Part shown: in pieces, positions 11,460 to 24,033 of the stretch
How positions within the stretch are numbered: the first letter of the stretch is position 1
Layout: each line of letters begins with the position of its first letter
Assembly (NCBI RefSeq): GCF_001194135.2
Contig: NC_069005.1
Span: 10,968,612 to 11,005,905 of the forward strand
Length of the DNA stretch: 37,294 nucleotides
Direction: 5' to 3'
Source of the DNA: Octopus bimaculoides
Lineage: Eukaryota
Made by a program: the position numbers and the translations under genes
The notes under the pieces: model-generated
Database searches by the model: none
Seen by the model: only the letters and a program-made list of their open reading frames with translations
Told to the model about the DNA's origin: nothing

Positions 11460-12498
11460 CATCATCATCATCATCATCGTTTAACGTCCGCTTTCCATGC
11501 TAGCATGGGTTGGACGATTTGACTGAGGACTGGTGAAACCGGATGGCAACACCAGGCTCCAGTCTGATTTGGCAGAGTTTCTACAGCTGGATGCCCTTCC
11601 TAACGCCAACCACTCAGAGAGTGTAGTGGGTGCTTTTACGTGTCACCCGCACNNNNNNNNNNNNNNNNNNNNNNNNNNNNNNNNNNNNNNNNNNNNNNNN
11701 NNNNNNNNNNNNNNNNNNNNNNNNNNNNNNNNNNNNNNNNNNNNNNNNNNNNNNNNNNNNNNNNNNNNNNNNNNNNNNNNNNNNNNNNNNNNNNNNNNNN
11801 NNNNNNNNNNNNNNNNNNNNNNNNNNNNNNNNNNNNNNNNNNNNNNNNNNNNNNNNNNNNNNNNNNNNNNNNNNNNNNNNNNNNNNNNNNNNNNNNNNNN
11901 NNNNNNNNNNNNNNNNNNNNNNNNNNNNNNNNNNNNNNNNNNNNNNNNNNNNNNNNNNNNNNNNNNNNNNNNNNNNNNNNNNNNNNNNNNNNNNNNNNNN
12001 NNNNNNNNNNNNNNNNNNNNNNNNNNNNNNNNNNNNNNNNNNNNNNNNNNNNNNNNNNNNNNNNNNNNNNNNNNNNNNNNNNNNNNNNNNNNNNNNNNNN
12101 NNNNNNNNNNNCTTACGTATGTCCTCAGCAGTTACAGCCCATGTTTCACTGCCATGTAGCATGGTTGTTCGTACGCATGCGTCATACAGTCTGCCTTTTA
12201 CTCTGAGTGAGAGTCCCTTTGTCGCCAGCAGGGGTAAGAGCTCTCTAAACTTTGCCCAGGCTATTCTTATTCTAGCAGCTACACTTTCAGCGCACCCACC
12301 CCCACTACTAACTTGGTCGCCCAGATAGCGGAAGCTATCGACTACCTCTAGTTTTTCACCCTGGAATGAGATAGAAGTTGTTTCCTGTTTGTTTGCAGTC
12401 TTTATTGCACCTGAACATCTGCCACAAACAAAAACTAACTTGCTAGTTAACCTGCCTTTGATGTTGCTGCACCTCTTATGTGTCCATAGCTTGCACCA
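11460..12498 (-). mobile_element. 5'-truncated RTE-clade LINE (RT C-terminal part, gap, 3' UTR, (GAT)n tail)
   Basis: 12498-12112 is a stop-free 129-codon frame: WCKLWTHKRCS...VVDSFRYLGDQVSSGGGCAESVAARIRIAWAKFRELLPLL...LHGSETWAV. The 3' UTR tail at 11460-11652 lies across the gap, so linkage is inferred. Confidence 0.88.
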
Positions 12499-13971
12499 TA
12501 TTTTTTAACTATAACTTGTTTCAGTCATTAGACTGTGTCCAAGCTGGAGCATGGCCTTGAATTTTACTCAAACAAATCAACCACAGTACTTCTTTCTTAA
12601 GCCCATTACTTATTCCGTCAGTTTCTTTTGCTAAGCTGCTAAGTTTTGGGGGAATGTTATGTTCTGAGTTCAAATTCTGCTGAGGTCGACTTTGCCTTTC
12701 ATCCTTTCAGGGTTGATAAAATAAGTACCGTTTACACAATGGGGTTGATGTAATCGACTTAATCCCCCTCCCACAAGCTGCTCATGAGGCAAAAATTTGA
12801 AATTATTTTATTCAGTTTTAGACAAATTGGAGCATGTCTTTCACAATACAGGAACATATTGAACTTCTGTCCATGACTTTTGACCCAACCGGTATGTGGG
12901 TGTGTGTATGTGTTTGTGTGCGTATATATATATATATATGACAGGTTTCTTTCAACTGCTATCAAATCCACTCACAAGGCTTTATCGACTCAAGGTTGTA
13001 GCAGAAGATAGCTCCCCAAGGTGCCACACAGTACGACTGAACCAGGAACTAGGTATTTTCAGTGAGACAGCAGTTAGATGGCACAATAGATACAAAGACA
13101 TTTATGTAGAATACATTAAGTATGGAGGTGACAAAAAGATCAAAGACGTTTGAGGTATCAATGAGTGGACCTGGGATACATGAAGGTGGTGGTGGTGGTG
13201 GGGGTGGTGATGACAACGATGATGAAATTACAAAGATGAACAATGGCTATGGTAATGATCAAAGAACATGACAGTCCATTAAAATAACGACCAAATATTG
13301 GTCCGATATCACATTTTTATTATTTCGAATATCTCAAATTTCAGAAAGAATTCTTCTGACAGGAAGAGAAAAGAAAAGAGGAGAAAGAAATATTTGAGGT
13401 TTTTTGAGGTTTTTTTCTTTTTACTTTTGCTTTTGGTTGACTTTTGCTGTTCCATTTTTTTTTCTTTTTTAGTACCCAGTGTCAAAAAGAAAAGAATTTC
13501 TTCAAAATTTTCTTTCCATCTATCTCTGCATCTTCCTCTCTTTATTTTTTTTCTTTTGATTTTATTTAGTTTCTTATCTCAATCAATAACCACTTCACTG
13601 TTTCCTCCCTAATTTATTTTTTAATCCTTTTATCCACTTCATTTTTAAAGTGTCTCACTGAAGATTTTTTTTTCCCCCTTTAACCTTCAATTTCAAACCA
13701 TTTACTGCGATGCTTTTAAAAAAACAAAAAACATTCCACATTCCACTGTAAATAATTATTTATTTTTCTCATCATTATCATTGTTGTTCTTGCTTGCTTG
13801 CTGCTGTAAAAATAAAAATTCATTTTTAAAAAATAGAAAAATAAAATAATAGGAAGAAATACACAAGTGGGGTGGATGGTGGAATGAATCGAAGTTTCAT
13901 TAACCTTATCACATTGTGTTCCTAGTATAGCAGGAATAACCTAAATGTAATCTCTATCAGATTCTCGTTAA

Positions 13972-14563
13972 CCTTTTAGCATTTAAACCAGCCATAACCG
14001 ACCAAAAATATCCTGTTTTATGCTAAAACTGACCTGATCCAACCTCTCACACCTCCCCTACAATGTCATTCTAAAAATATGCAATCACATCATTGCAATA
14101 TTAAAGCTATGGGATAATGCCTTATAAATTCAAAATAATGTGAACAAGAGTACTCAGAGAGCAGAAACCTCTGCCAGGGTGACAGCAATGTCCCCTCAAT
14201 GATTAGCCGGAGATGATTTTTAAAATAAGAATATCTGAAATAAACTCGACTGCTCTCACAAACAAGAATACTAAAAATGAACCCAACCGCTCTCAAAAGT
14301 TAAGTAAAAAGAAAAACGGGAAAATAATCCAGAATCCTTGTCTGGTACCAGATCAATCCCAAAATCTAATCAGTTTGTGCCAGTCACAAGGCCAAACATC
14401 CGTGAAAGTGTCATCTGAATACACCCAGCAGTTCTTGAGATATCTTGTCCATAGACAAAGAAAGAAACAAACAAACACAACTGAAAACAATACCTCCACC
14501 TTCGCTAAAGCAGAGGTAATAAATGAGCGACAAATTGGACAAAGAAATCTGAATGCTAAAGGG
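13972..14563. mobile_element. piggyBac-type MITE
   Basis: TTAA flanks at 13968-13971 and 14564-14567; TIRs CCTTTTAGCATT / AATGCTAAAGGG. Related fragments at about 20620-20730 and 26060-26190. Confidence 0.75.
14143..14523 (-). mobile_element. HINE/DINE-1-like (Helentron-associated) element nested in the piggyBac MITE
   Basis: T-rich start, subterminal inverted repeat (acctc...gaggt), (TTTG)n microsatellite, and a terminal hairpin gcaga-ggtt-tctgc followed by a T-rich end. Confidence 0.55.
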
Positions 14564-14924
14564 TTAAAGCAGTAATGAATAACACACATAGAAAAAGGAA
14601 AGAAAATACTAAAATTAGGAAAGTGATCAATGTTGCAGCTTTGTAGTCAAGTGTGTTTATGACTAATTGTTAATGACATCCCCCATAGCTGTTGTTTACT
14701 TTTGTTTATAATTGGAAAAAAAAAAAAAGATGGACTTTTTTAGCAATGAAATAAGTGTGTGATGAACCCAGCACTGCATCTGGTAAACAAGCAAGGACTA
14801 AACATTAGTTGAAGAAAGTATTGATGACATTTATTCTTCAGGCAAAAAGTTTACCCATATGCAGGTAATGAGAGTGATCTGGACAATCAAACTAATGAAA
14901 GTGATGAGGAAAGTAGCAATTAGG

Positions 14925-15160
14925 TGAGAGATACTGTTATTCTGAGATGTTTTTTTTTATAATTCTGTCCATTAGTTTGCCTGCAATGAATAGATAAGGT
15001 TGGCTGAGAGCGAGGCCTATTATTGTTCTCCAGAATGTTTTTCTGATTCTGTCCATTATTTTGCCTACTATGAACAAATACAATAAATTGAGAGAGGCCT
15101 ATTACTGTTATTGCCCAGAACGTTTCTGAGATTCAGTCCATTAATTTACCTGCAATCATT
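14925..15160. repeat. Degenerate tandem repeat of about 85 bp, about 3 copies
   Basis: attctgtccatta.tttgcct recurs at 14962, 15046 and 15131. Confidence 0.7.
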
Positions 15161-15299
15161 ACTCTTCAACCATGCATGCAACTACTTTTTTTTTTTGCTT
15201 AGGAACCCAGGTGGAGGATAAAGTTAAACACAGGAGACCAGGTCTGAGAGGGTTATCAATCCAAAGGCAATATTCTGTCCTAATTAGACATCTGACAGT

Positions 15300-15648
15300 T
15301 AATGGTGCAGTTGATGAGACCCCCTTCGGTCATGACTGACCATGGGATTGCACCTAGAAAGTCACCCTCCCAGGCACAAGTCTGGGCAAGGTTGTTTATG
15401 GAAGACCAGCAGTTGCCCATGCATACCGGCCTCCCCTCTCCATGCCACCGATGTTATTCAAGGGAAAGGCAAAGATCAATACAGCTTGGCAACAGTGACA
15501 TTGTAACTCATTTCAACAGTAGAGTGAACTGGAACAATGTGAAATAAAGTGTCTTGCTCAAGAACACAACATTCAGCCCAGTCCTGGATTCGAACTCACA
15601 ACCTCACAATTGTAAACTTGACGCTCTAACTGCTGAGCCATGCGCCTT
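15300..15648 (-). mobile_element. tRNA-derived SINE (family D) with A and B boxes
   Basis: On the minus strand, TGGCTCAGCAG (A box) and GTTCGAATCC (B box, 15586-15595), followed by a non-tRNA body. A similar head occurs at about 30150-30240. Confidence 0.75.
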
Positions 15649-16403
15649 CATAATGGTGCAGTACCCTGCAGTAAACTGGTAGCATGAGAAGGTACAGCCT
15701 TGTTATTGTTGATGAACCCAAAGCCAACTTTGATCTGGCTGTCACCAACAACACTATTGTCCACTTTTCCTTGTCCGCAGGGATTGGACAGAATTTATTG
15801 AGGCAGATTTTCTACAGCTGGATGCCCTTCCTGTCACCAACACTCACCTGTTTCTAAATAAGGTAATGTTTTCCTTATGACCAAACTGGTTTTTATGGAA
15901 GATCAGAAACGAAGGAGACTGCCTGGATGATGCAATCACTTGCTTACAACTGTCATGTGAAGTCAAGCAAGGAGACAGTAACACACACACACAAAGGAAA
16001 ACACACACACAGAGGTAAACACACACACATGCACTGAAGCAAGCACACGCACTCACACAGAAGCAGACACATACACACATGCACAGAGGCAAACACACAC
16101 ACAAGCATACACCTCTGACAAGCTTCTTTCAGTTTCCATCTACCAAATCCAGTAAGGGGCTATAGCAGAAGACACTAGCCCAACACGTCATGAAGTGAGA
16201 CTAAATCCATACCCTGCGATTAGGAAGCTAGCGTCTTACAACACAACCATGCCAGTGCCTATGAAATGCAATGTTAAAATAAAAAGGCTGTGATAATATA
16301 ACAAAAGGCTCTGAATTAGAAAGCAAACAGAAAGAGAGAAAAACACAAACATAACTGACCATTTCTCCATAGAAGAAAGGAGGTGGTAGACCAGTAGGTG
16401 ACT

Positions 16404-16503
16404 TTATTTCTTCACAATCTGAACGACATCTTCATCACACAGGATATGGTCTTTGCCAACCTTTTGAGGCTGATGTTTCACGGATGAGCCCCATACCAAG
16501 GCA
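16404..16503 (-). CDS. DRG1: DRG1 exon 9 (TGS end, stop)
   Basis: ctttcag|T GCC TTG GTA TGG GGC...GTG AAG AAA TAA; 100 nt of CDS. Confidence 0.97.
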
Positions 16504-19500
16504 CTGAAAGTGAAAGTAAATACGTCTTTTATGTTTTGCTTGTTTCGGTCACTGGAAATATGGCTACATGCTGTGGCACTGCTGTTACCAATGTTTCTCT
16601 TATGTGGCACCGACACACACACACTGAAATTGCTGGCCTTGTGCCAAACTTTGAAATCATTAGGAGAAGAATGTGAAGAAAACAAAAGAAGAATGTAAAG
16701 AAAAGGAATGTGAAAAAATGTGAAGGTGAAGAAGAAGAAGAAGAAGAAGAATGTGAAGAAGAAAAAGAAGAAGAAGAAGAAGAATGTGAAGAAGAAGAAT
16801 GTGAAGAAGAAGAAGAAGAAGAAGAAGAAGAATGTGAAGAAGAAGAAGAAGAAGAATGTGAAGAAGAAGAAGAAGAAGAATGTGAAGAAGAATGTGAAGA
16901 AGAAGAAGAAGAAGAAGAAGAAGAAAAATGTGAAGAAGAATAAGAAGAAGAAGAAGAAGAAGAAAAATGTGAAGAAGAAGAAGAAGAAGAAGAAGAATGT
17001 GAAGAAGAAGAAGAAGAAGAAGAAGAAGAATGTCAAGAAAAAGAAGCATGTGAAGAAGAATAATGTCAAGAAGAATGTGAAGAGGAAGAATGTGAAAAAG
17101 AGGAATGTGAAGAAGAAGAAGAAGAATGTGAAGAGGAGGGGCAGCAGAAGCACTGCTGCTGTAGTTGTTATACATACTGTTTGAACTCTCTCATGATGTT
17201 CCGATGAATTTTGTCACAGAAATCTTCCACACTGCTTTTGCCTTGTTTCAAAACAACTGGAGAACGGTAGTCTGGGAGCTGGCCTTTCGGTTTAGTATAG
17301 CTGCAAGAGGCAACAACAAACAGAAACATAAGTACAAAGAGGGGGAAACGACAAGAGATGCTGTGCAGTGGGACTGAACCCAAGACCATGTAGTTGGGAA
17401 GCAAGCTTCTTAACCACACAGCCACGCCTGCAACTACTGATACCATTTTTCAGACATTCATTGTTATAACGACACCAATCAATTACAATATGATTATAGT
17501 TTGTCATAGTCCAGGAAAGACATTCTATAATTTCTTGCTAAACAACCTACAAAAAATTGATCTGTTCCACCATCATCATCAACATTTAACATCTGTTTTC
17601 CAAGCTGGCATGGGTTGGGTGAGCGAAACTGTCAATGGCACCTGGGCCCAGCATCGCCTTCCTGGCACTTGTGCCGGATGGCACGTGTAAAGACATTCGA
17701 GCGAGATCGTTGCCAGTACCGCCGAACTGGCTCCTGTGCAGGTGGCACGTAAAACACACCATTTTGAGCATGGCCGTTGCCAGTACCGCCTGACTGGCCT
17801 TTGTGCCGGTGGCACGTAAAAGCACCCACTACACTCTCGGAGTGGTTGGCATTAGAAAGGGCATCCAGCTGTAGAAACTCTGCCAAATCAGATTGGAGCC
17901 TGGTGTAGCCATCTGGTTTCACCAGTCCTTAGTCAAATCATCCAACCCATGCTAGCATGGAAAGCAGACATTAAACGATGATGATGATGACAAGGCCAGG
18001 GACCGCACCAAGATTCATAGTCTGTTTTGGCCAGGTTTCTATGGACTGATGCCGTCCCTAATGCCAACCACTTCACAGAGTGTACCGGGTGGTTTTATGC
18101 GACACCATTATCAGTGCCTCATAGGCGACACCAGCACCCACACCAATGCATTTTATGTGGCACCTTGGCTTTAGGATCTCAATTCTGTTTCATCATCATC
18201 ATCATCGTTTAACGTCCGCTTTCCATGCTAGCATGGGATGGACGATTTGACTGAGGACTGGTGAACCAGATGGCTACACCAGACTCCAATCTGATCTGGC
18301 AGAGTTTCTGCAGCTGGATGCCCTTCCTAACGCCAACCACTCCGAGAGTGTAGTGGGTGCTTTTACGTGCCACCGGCACGAAGGCCAGTCAGGTACGTGC
18401 CACCTGCACAGGAGCCAGTCCAGCGGGACTGGCAATGGACTCGCTCGAACGTCTTTTCACTTGCCACTGGCAAAAGTGCCAGGAAGGCGACGTTGGTAAC
18501 GATCACGGTCAAATGGTGCTATTTACGTGTCACCGGCACAGAAGCCAGACAAATGGTGCTCTGGCAACGATGAGGCTCGGACGGTGCTCTTGGTGATCTA
18601 CTGGTACAGGTGCCATCATGATTTCGCTTTCGCTGTTTATAGTGATCAAATGTTTGCACTATACATAAGCTCGCTACCTCCATCAAATTGACATTGCTTG
18701 AAAAGGGACACAGCGCATCATACTTTAGGTATCAAAGTGATTGCAGAACAACGAGATTAAGTGGTTTGCACAAGAACACCAACACACTGCTCTGTACAGG
18801 AATTGAAACCAAGATCTCACAATCATGGGTACAACACCCTAACCACTAGGCTATGTACCCTCACAATCATTACATAGACATTGATTCACCGTTGTACAAA
18901 CACTGATTTCTCAGTTTATTTATATTGACTCAGAAATACAATAATGCTTCTACATATCTGATAAGACATTTTGTGGCATGTTGCGGTGTCTTACATATCT
19001 TTAATCTTTTACTTGTTTCAGTCCTTAGACAGTGGCCATGCTGGGGCACTGCCTTGAAGAATTTTTTGTTGAATGAATCAACCCCAAGACTTTTTTTAAA
19101 GCCTGGTATTTATTCTATTAGTCTCTTTTGCCGAAACAATAATTACAGGGATGTAAACACACCAACACTAGATGTCAAGCAGTAGTGGTGGGGACAAACA
19201 CAGACACACATATATATATGACGGGCTTCTTCCAGTTTCTGTCTACCTAACCTGCTTACAAAGCTGTGGTTGGCTGAAGGCTATAATACAAGACATTTGC
19301 CCAAGGTGTCACACAGTTGGATTGAATCCAGAACAATGTGCCTGGGAAGCAAACTTCTTACCACACAGCCACACCTGTGCAGAGAATTCTTCTACCAAGT
19401 GTGATTTTGTAGGGATTTTTGCTATCAAAATTCTGAGCAGACACCTGCAAGAAACAACTTGAAGAGAACTTACATTGAAAGAACAAAACAAAAAAAAAGA

Positions 19501-19715
19501 AGAACTAACATTCGAACCAGTTTTAAATATTCCCAAAGTCTCTCGAGGAGATCATCAAAGTTCCACTTGTGGTGAGCCGATAATGGTACACAATGGGGTA
19601 TTTTGTAGATAATGTCTAATTCCTGGAAATAGAAGAAGTGAAATAATAATAAAAATAAGTTTTATTTTAAAAAGATATATATTTGTGAAAGAAGAAGAAG
19701 AAGAATAACAATAAC

Positions 19716-19751
<36 letters not shown>

Positions 19752-21454
19752 CCTAATCCTTTCTACTATAGGCAACAGGGCCTGAAATTTTGAGAGAGGA
19801 GTGTAGTTGATTACATCTACCTCACTGTACATTTTCAGCAGACAGGCTGTGTGTGTGTGTGGGATGTTATTACACAACCTCCGCCAATGGCAGCAGTGTG
19901 CCAAGTAGCGGCTCAACACGGAACACACAAAGAGATTCTTGGAAAATCTTGCTGTAATCATGTGGCTAGCTTACCTCAACTGATATTTGATCAATTTTAT
20001 TGAGTACGTAAATACAAGGGATATAGACTCGGTTGCCCTCGACAACATCAATCAGATCTTCTGCTGTAGCATCATAGCGCAACACGATATCAGCGTTGTG
20101 GATTCGATATTCTCCAAGGATGGTCTTTACAGTATCCAAGTCCAACTCTGATTGAGAAGCCTGAAAGAAAAAAAAAACCATATAAAGGCATGAAAAAAAT
20201 AAACTCAATGAAGATCAAAGTTTGTTGTCACTACAGTTGTTGATGTTGTTGTTGTCGTTACTACAGTAATCATTGTTGCTAGGGTCATTGCTTCAGCCCC
20301 AAACATAGCTGATCAGAGAGCCCGATTAACAAAAGAGTTTCAACCATGACCATCTCATCTTGTTCCTATATGTAAGGAACCTTAAGAGCTTATCTAATGG
20401 GTATCCTTTCCTGTGATTTAAGAGACTTGGCTGCTATTTCTAACAGATCGTATGACTCCATAGAGGATCCCTCATTTCTACTGTTGTTTTTGTGATGGTG
20501 GTGGTGGTGAAGTTGATGATCCCTGTTATCTTTGCTGCTATCGTTGTTGCTTCAGCCCCCAAGTATTACTGATTAGACAGCCCTATTAGCAAAGGAGTTC
20601 CAACAATGACTAAATAAACAATTACCTCATCAAAATCTCAAAGCTACAAGATAATGCATGACTAATTCAAAACAGTGTGAATAAATAAGCAATGCATTTG
20701 ACAGAGCAATCTGAATACTAAGGGCTAAAAGCTTCCTTTTCAAGGGAACTATCCAAAAACCAGTGGCTCACACAAAAAGACCAGGATAAGGGCCACAAGG
20801 AGGTTTTTGAAATCCAATTTCAAACCCTGCAACATTGCTGTGGACAACCAAGAAAGGTCAGTGCTTATTCAGTTGCAGTAATCAACCAAAGAGTGTATGA
20901 TGGAATAAGATGTTTTGAACACACTACTACAATCAGCTTCATGAACATTGTGCAGCTTGCTGCTCCCAAGTATTCATCCCCATCATAAGTAAGATTGTGG
21001 ACATGTGGGGGGTACCACCTTGCGGAATTTCAGTTGAATGAATTAACCCCAGTGCTTTTTGTTTTGCAGACTTGTACTTATCCTATTGGTCTAGTTTGCC
21101 AAACCACTAAGATACAAGGATTTAAACACACCAATATCAGTTGTCAAGCAGTGGTGGGGGTCAAACATAGACACAAAGACATCATCATCATCATCGTCGT
21201 TTAACGTCTGCTTTCCATGCTAGCATGGGTTGGATGATTTGACTGAGGACTGGCAAGCCAGCAGGCTGCACCAGGCTCCAATCTGATCTGGCAGAGTTTC
21301 TACAGCTGAATGCCCTTCCTAACGCCAACCACTTTGAGAGTGTAATGGGTGCTTTTACGTGCCACCGGCACGTAGGCCAGTCACACGGTACCAGCAACGG
21401 CCACGCTCAAAAAGGTGTTTTTTACGTGCCACCTGCACAGGAGCCAGTCCAATA

Positions 21455-21525
<71 letters not shown>

Positions 21526-23997
21526 TTATGTGTGTATGATGGACTTCTTTCAGGTTCCACATACCAAATCCACTCACAAGGCTTTGGTTAGCTAGGGGCT
21601 ATGGTAGAAGACAACTACCCAAGTGTCATGCAGGTGGGACGACCTGAAATCATGCAATTGGGAAGGAAGCTTCTTACCACACAGCCATGATGGTGATGAT
21701 ATATACACACACACACAGAGATCTGATCAGCTCTTGTAGTTTTCATCTGTCAAATTTTAAAAACAAGGGTTTGGATGATCCTAGGCTACAACAAAACCTG
21801 GAAAGAGGTTGTGAAGTTAACTTCTTAACCATCCTACCTTACCAAAAATATATACATAGATCACCCTACAACTGGCACTACAAAAGAAAAAAAACATTTG
21901 TTGGAATTACAAACTCACCGTAAATGTAAGGTTAATGCCGCCTTTGTCTTTCCGCCGGAAATGGATGTTTGGTGGAGACTTGTTCAATCGGATGCCAAAT
22001 CCTTCTAATTCATATTCTATGAGCTTCTTGTGTTGTAAAGGTTTTAGTACATCGAGAACAATGAAAATCAAGCTGCAGGTTCGTGCCACTAGGTAAGAGA
22101 TAATTAAATATAATTAAATAAATCAAATGATTGATAAGTAAATAAATCTGATACAATGTTAACACACCTGAGTGGGTGTCAGCATAACTGGATCGTTAAT
22201 TACCTATGAATAACACTTAGAAATTTTTTTTTTTTTTTGTCTTTGGTCAGCGTTATTTCCTATTTGCTTCTATTTAGAAATCAAAGAAAATGACTACTAT
22301 TCCCTTCAAACTTTGCTTTTGTGACCTGGACATCAATGTTTTGAAACTGACCTATTTTCCATTACATTTCAGACAGATTCAGCATCTAAGTTGCTGAAGC
22401 AGAAATATCATTATAGCAAATATTCTGCCCAATACCAAAGAAATGCTTGTCAGTTGCTGACAATGTATGCATCTCTGATCATGAGCAGGAGTAGTGGAGG
22501 AGCATCATAGCCATGAGTTGAGAGGGATTCTTTAGGGTTTGAATAAATGTAACAAAAGCAAAGTTTGAAGGAAATATTAGCCATTTTTCATACTCTCTAG
22601 GGGTAAGCAAATAGGAATGAACAGTTCCTACCCAAGGACAAAGATCTTGTTACACTGTAATAAACAACTAACTGTCCAAGAATAAGCTTCCAGAACAACA
22701 AAGTGCAACAGTTTAATGTCCAAGGGAGATCATTGTTTCAAGCAAAGTTAATTGGTTTTAATTTTTACTGAACCAGCCTATCTGGCCTCCCACAACTACC
22801 CTTCGTTGTTGGCACTCCGTCACTTACGACATCGAGGGTTCCTGTTGATCCGAACAACAGAACAGCCTGCTCGTGAAATTAACGTGCAAGTGGCTGAGCA
22901 CTCCACAGAAACGTGTACCCTTAACGTAGTTCTCGGGGATATTCAGCGTGACACAGTGTGACAAGGCTGACCCTTTGAATTACAGGTACAGCAGAAACAG
23001 GAAGAAAGAGTGAGAGAAAGTTGTGGTGGAAGAGTACAGCAGGGTTCGCCACCATCCCCTGCCGGAGACTCGTGNNNNNNNNNNNNNNNNNNNNNNNNNN
23101 NNNNNNNNNNNNNNNNNNNNNNNNNNNNNNNNNNNNNNNNNNNNNNNNNNNNNNNNNNNNNNNNNNNNNNNNNNNNNNNNNNNNNNNNNNNNNNNNNNNN
23201 NNNNNNNNNNNNNNNNNNNNNNNNNNNNNNNNNNNNNNNNNNNNNNNNNNNNNNNNNNNNNNNNNNNNNNNNNNNNNNNNNNNNNNNNNNNNNNNNNNNN
23301 NNNNNNNNNNNNNNNNNNNNNNNNNNNNNNNNNNNNNNNNNNNNNNNNNNNNNNNNNNNNNNNNNNNNNNNNNNNNNNNNNNNNNNNNNNNNNNNNNNNN
23401 NNNNNNNNNNNNNNNNNNNNNNNNNNNNNNNNNNNNNNNNNNNNNNNNNNNNNNNNNNNNNNNNNNNNNNNNNNNNNNNNNNNNNNNNNNNNNNNNNNNN
23501 NNNNNNNNNNNNNNNNNNNNNNNNNNNNNNNNNNNNNNNNNNNNNNNNNNNNNNNNNNNNNNNNNNNNNNNNNNNNNNNNNNNNNNNNNNNNNNNNNNNN
23601 NNNNNNNNNNNNNNNNNNNNNNNNNNNNNNNNNNNNNNNNNNNNNNNNNNNNNNNNNNNNNNNNNNNNNNNNNNNNNNNNNNNNNNNNNNNNNNNNNNNN
23701 NNNNNNNNNNNNNNNNNNNNNNNNNNNNNNNNNNNNNNNNNNNNNNNNNNNNNNNNNNNNNNNNNNNNNNNNNNNNNNNNNNNNNNNNNNNNNNNNNNNN
23801 NNNNNNNNNNNNNNNNNNNNNNNNNNNNNNNNNNNNNNNNNNNNNNNNNNNNNNNNNNNNNNNNNNNNNNNNNNNNNNNNNNNNNNNNNNNNNNNNNNNN
23901 NNNNNNNNNNNNNNNNNNNNNNNNNNNNNNNNNNNNNNNNNNNNNNNNNNNNNNNNNNNNNNNNNNNNNNNNNNNNNNNNNNNNNNNNNNNNNNNNN

Positions 23998-24033
<36 letters not shown>

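Noticed and set aside
13240-13400. Strong minus-strand acceptor at about 13356
   Set aside because: All three frames hit stops within 16 codons; no evidence for an exon.
15560-15648. tRNA gene (A and B boxes)
   Set aside because: No complete cloverleaf, and it continues into a SINE body. The same holds for the other SINE heads.
16404-17184. Poly-E/C, poly-K and poly-F/L ORFs
   Set aside because: Readings of the intronic (GAA)nTGT array. Only 16404-16503 is real coding sequence (DRG1 exon 9).
19396-19444. Possible 49-nt poison exon after DRG1 exon 7
   Set aside because: The acceptor is plausible but the donor (GTAGAA) is weak, and nothing else supports it.
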